The position numbers and the translations under genes were made by a program. The notes under the pieces are model-generated. The model did no database searches, was not told the origin of the DNA, and was given only the letters and a program-made list of their open reading frames with translations. Below, piece by piece: positions 63,436-64,000 of a stretch of DNA of 64,000 nt; within the stretch, counting starts at the first letter, position 1; each line of letters opens with the position of its first letter. The stretch comes from Gemmatimonadota bacterium. Its GTDB lineage: Bacteria; Gemmatimonadota; Gemmatimonadetes; JACCXV01. The stretch is taken from NCBI GenBank assembly GCA_036556205.1, contig DATBJW010000010.1, positions 4,228 through 68,227 of the forward strand, written 5' to 3'.

Positions 63436-64000
63436 TCAGGACGCGCCGTGGCCCGGCACCGCGGTGGCGCGTCCGGCCGCCGCGCGGCCCTCGCCCCGCT
63501 CCTCCGCCTCGGGGGTCCCGGCGTCGCGACGAGCCCCGCTCGCGCGGGTTCCGTCCCGCGCGTCGAGGTACGCCTGCCGCAGACCTGCCCGCACCGCGTC
63601 GAGACGCTCGTAGAGGCGCCGTGGAGGGCGCGGGCCACGGCGCGTCAAGGCATAGGAGGTGAGGATCGGCAGCGAAACGGTCGTGTCCGCGTAGACGACG
63701 ACCGCGTCGGGCAACCGGTCGGGGTCCACCTTGCCCCAGGAGACCGCTTCGCCCGGTGTCGCGCCCGAGAGCCCGCCGGTGTCGGGCCGCGCGTCGGTGC
63801 ATTGCAGGAAGTAGTCGTGCCCCTCCTCCTCGATGCCCAGAACCTCCTGGATCTGCGGCTCGGTCTGGAGCATGAAATTCTTGGGCGAGCCGCCGCCGAA
63901 GATCACGACGGCGCTCTTGCCGCCCGCGCGCTTGCGGTCGAGCACGAGGGCGGCGGTCTCGTTCACGTCGATCGAGGGGTTGATCCGGCAGCGCGAGCCG
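63436..64000 (-). CDS. Deoxyhypusine synthase-like protein (3' part; gene continues past the window end)
   Basis: ...[18 protein letters not shown]..., [28 protein letters not shown] match the DHS family C-terminal half. The reading frame is open to position 64000. Confidence 0.75.
   Translation of the reverse strand, partial: GSRCRINPSIDVNETAALVLDRKRAGGKSAVVIFGGGSPKNFMLQTEPQIQEVLGIEEEGHDYFLQCTDARPDTGGLSGATPGEAVSWGKVDPDRLPDAVVVYADTTVSLPILTSYALTRRGPRPPRRLYERLDAVRAGLRQAYLDARDGTRASGARRDAGTPEAEERGEGRAAAGRATAVPGHGAS

Overview
High-GC chromosomal segment (about 70% G+C, judged by eye) from a diderm bacterium. TamA/TamB and many lipoproteins support the diderm call. Several domain flavours hint at a Gemmatimonadota-like lineage, but that is inference only. 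I call 60 protein-coding genes (48 on the minus strand, 12 on the plus strand) and one tRNA-Lys(UUU). I see no rRNA, CRISPR array, transposase, integrase or prophage genes. Most content is housekeeping: htpX, tamAB, maeB, uvrA, purA, fpg-like, pilT, ychF-like, rocD, rpiA, FKBP and several aminotransferases. Many genes are linked by 1-4 nt stop/start overlaps (ATGA, GTGA, TGATG), which I used to infer operons.

I did not find a clear-cut novel system. These five items are the best candidates for a second look:
1. A structured intergenic repeat family occurs at five loci, all in the same orientation. It has a conserved core hairpin with a compensatory base-pair change, and locus-private complementary outer arms. 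One locus is a 3-unit tandem array at 61341-61540.
2. A minus-strand cluster at 9019-14578 encodes two GlsB/YeaQ/YmgE paralogs, a Zn-ribbon protein, a secreted VWA protein and a histidine kinase with an apparently degenerate ATP-binding domain. It also encodes a sigma-54 activator and a receiver protein. A near-consensus sigma-54 promoter and a palindromic candidate UAS lie in front of the receiver-GlsB pair.
3. A tightly packed operon at 36340-42908 encodes a GT2 glycosyltransferase, a purple-acid-phosphatase-like lipoprotein, a 1073-aa TLC/MFS-HEAT-cNMP-like fusion protein and an orphan LivK-type binding lipoprotein.
4. An orphan LysW-like amino-group-carrier protein lies in a lower-GC patch next to a stand-alone ketosynthase.
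5. Split LigD ligase and polymerase genes occur without Ku, and a stand-alone HIRAN protein lies nearby.

All protein calls rest on motif recognition by eye in the supplied ORF translations. Nothing was searched against a database. Start codons are chosen by me and are uncertain where stated.
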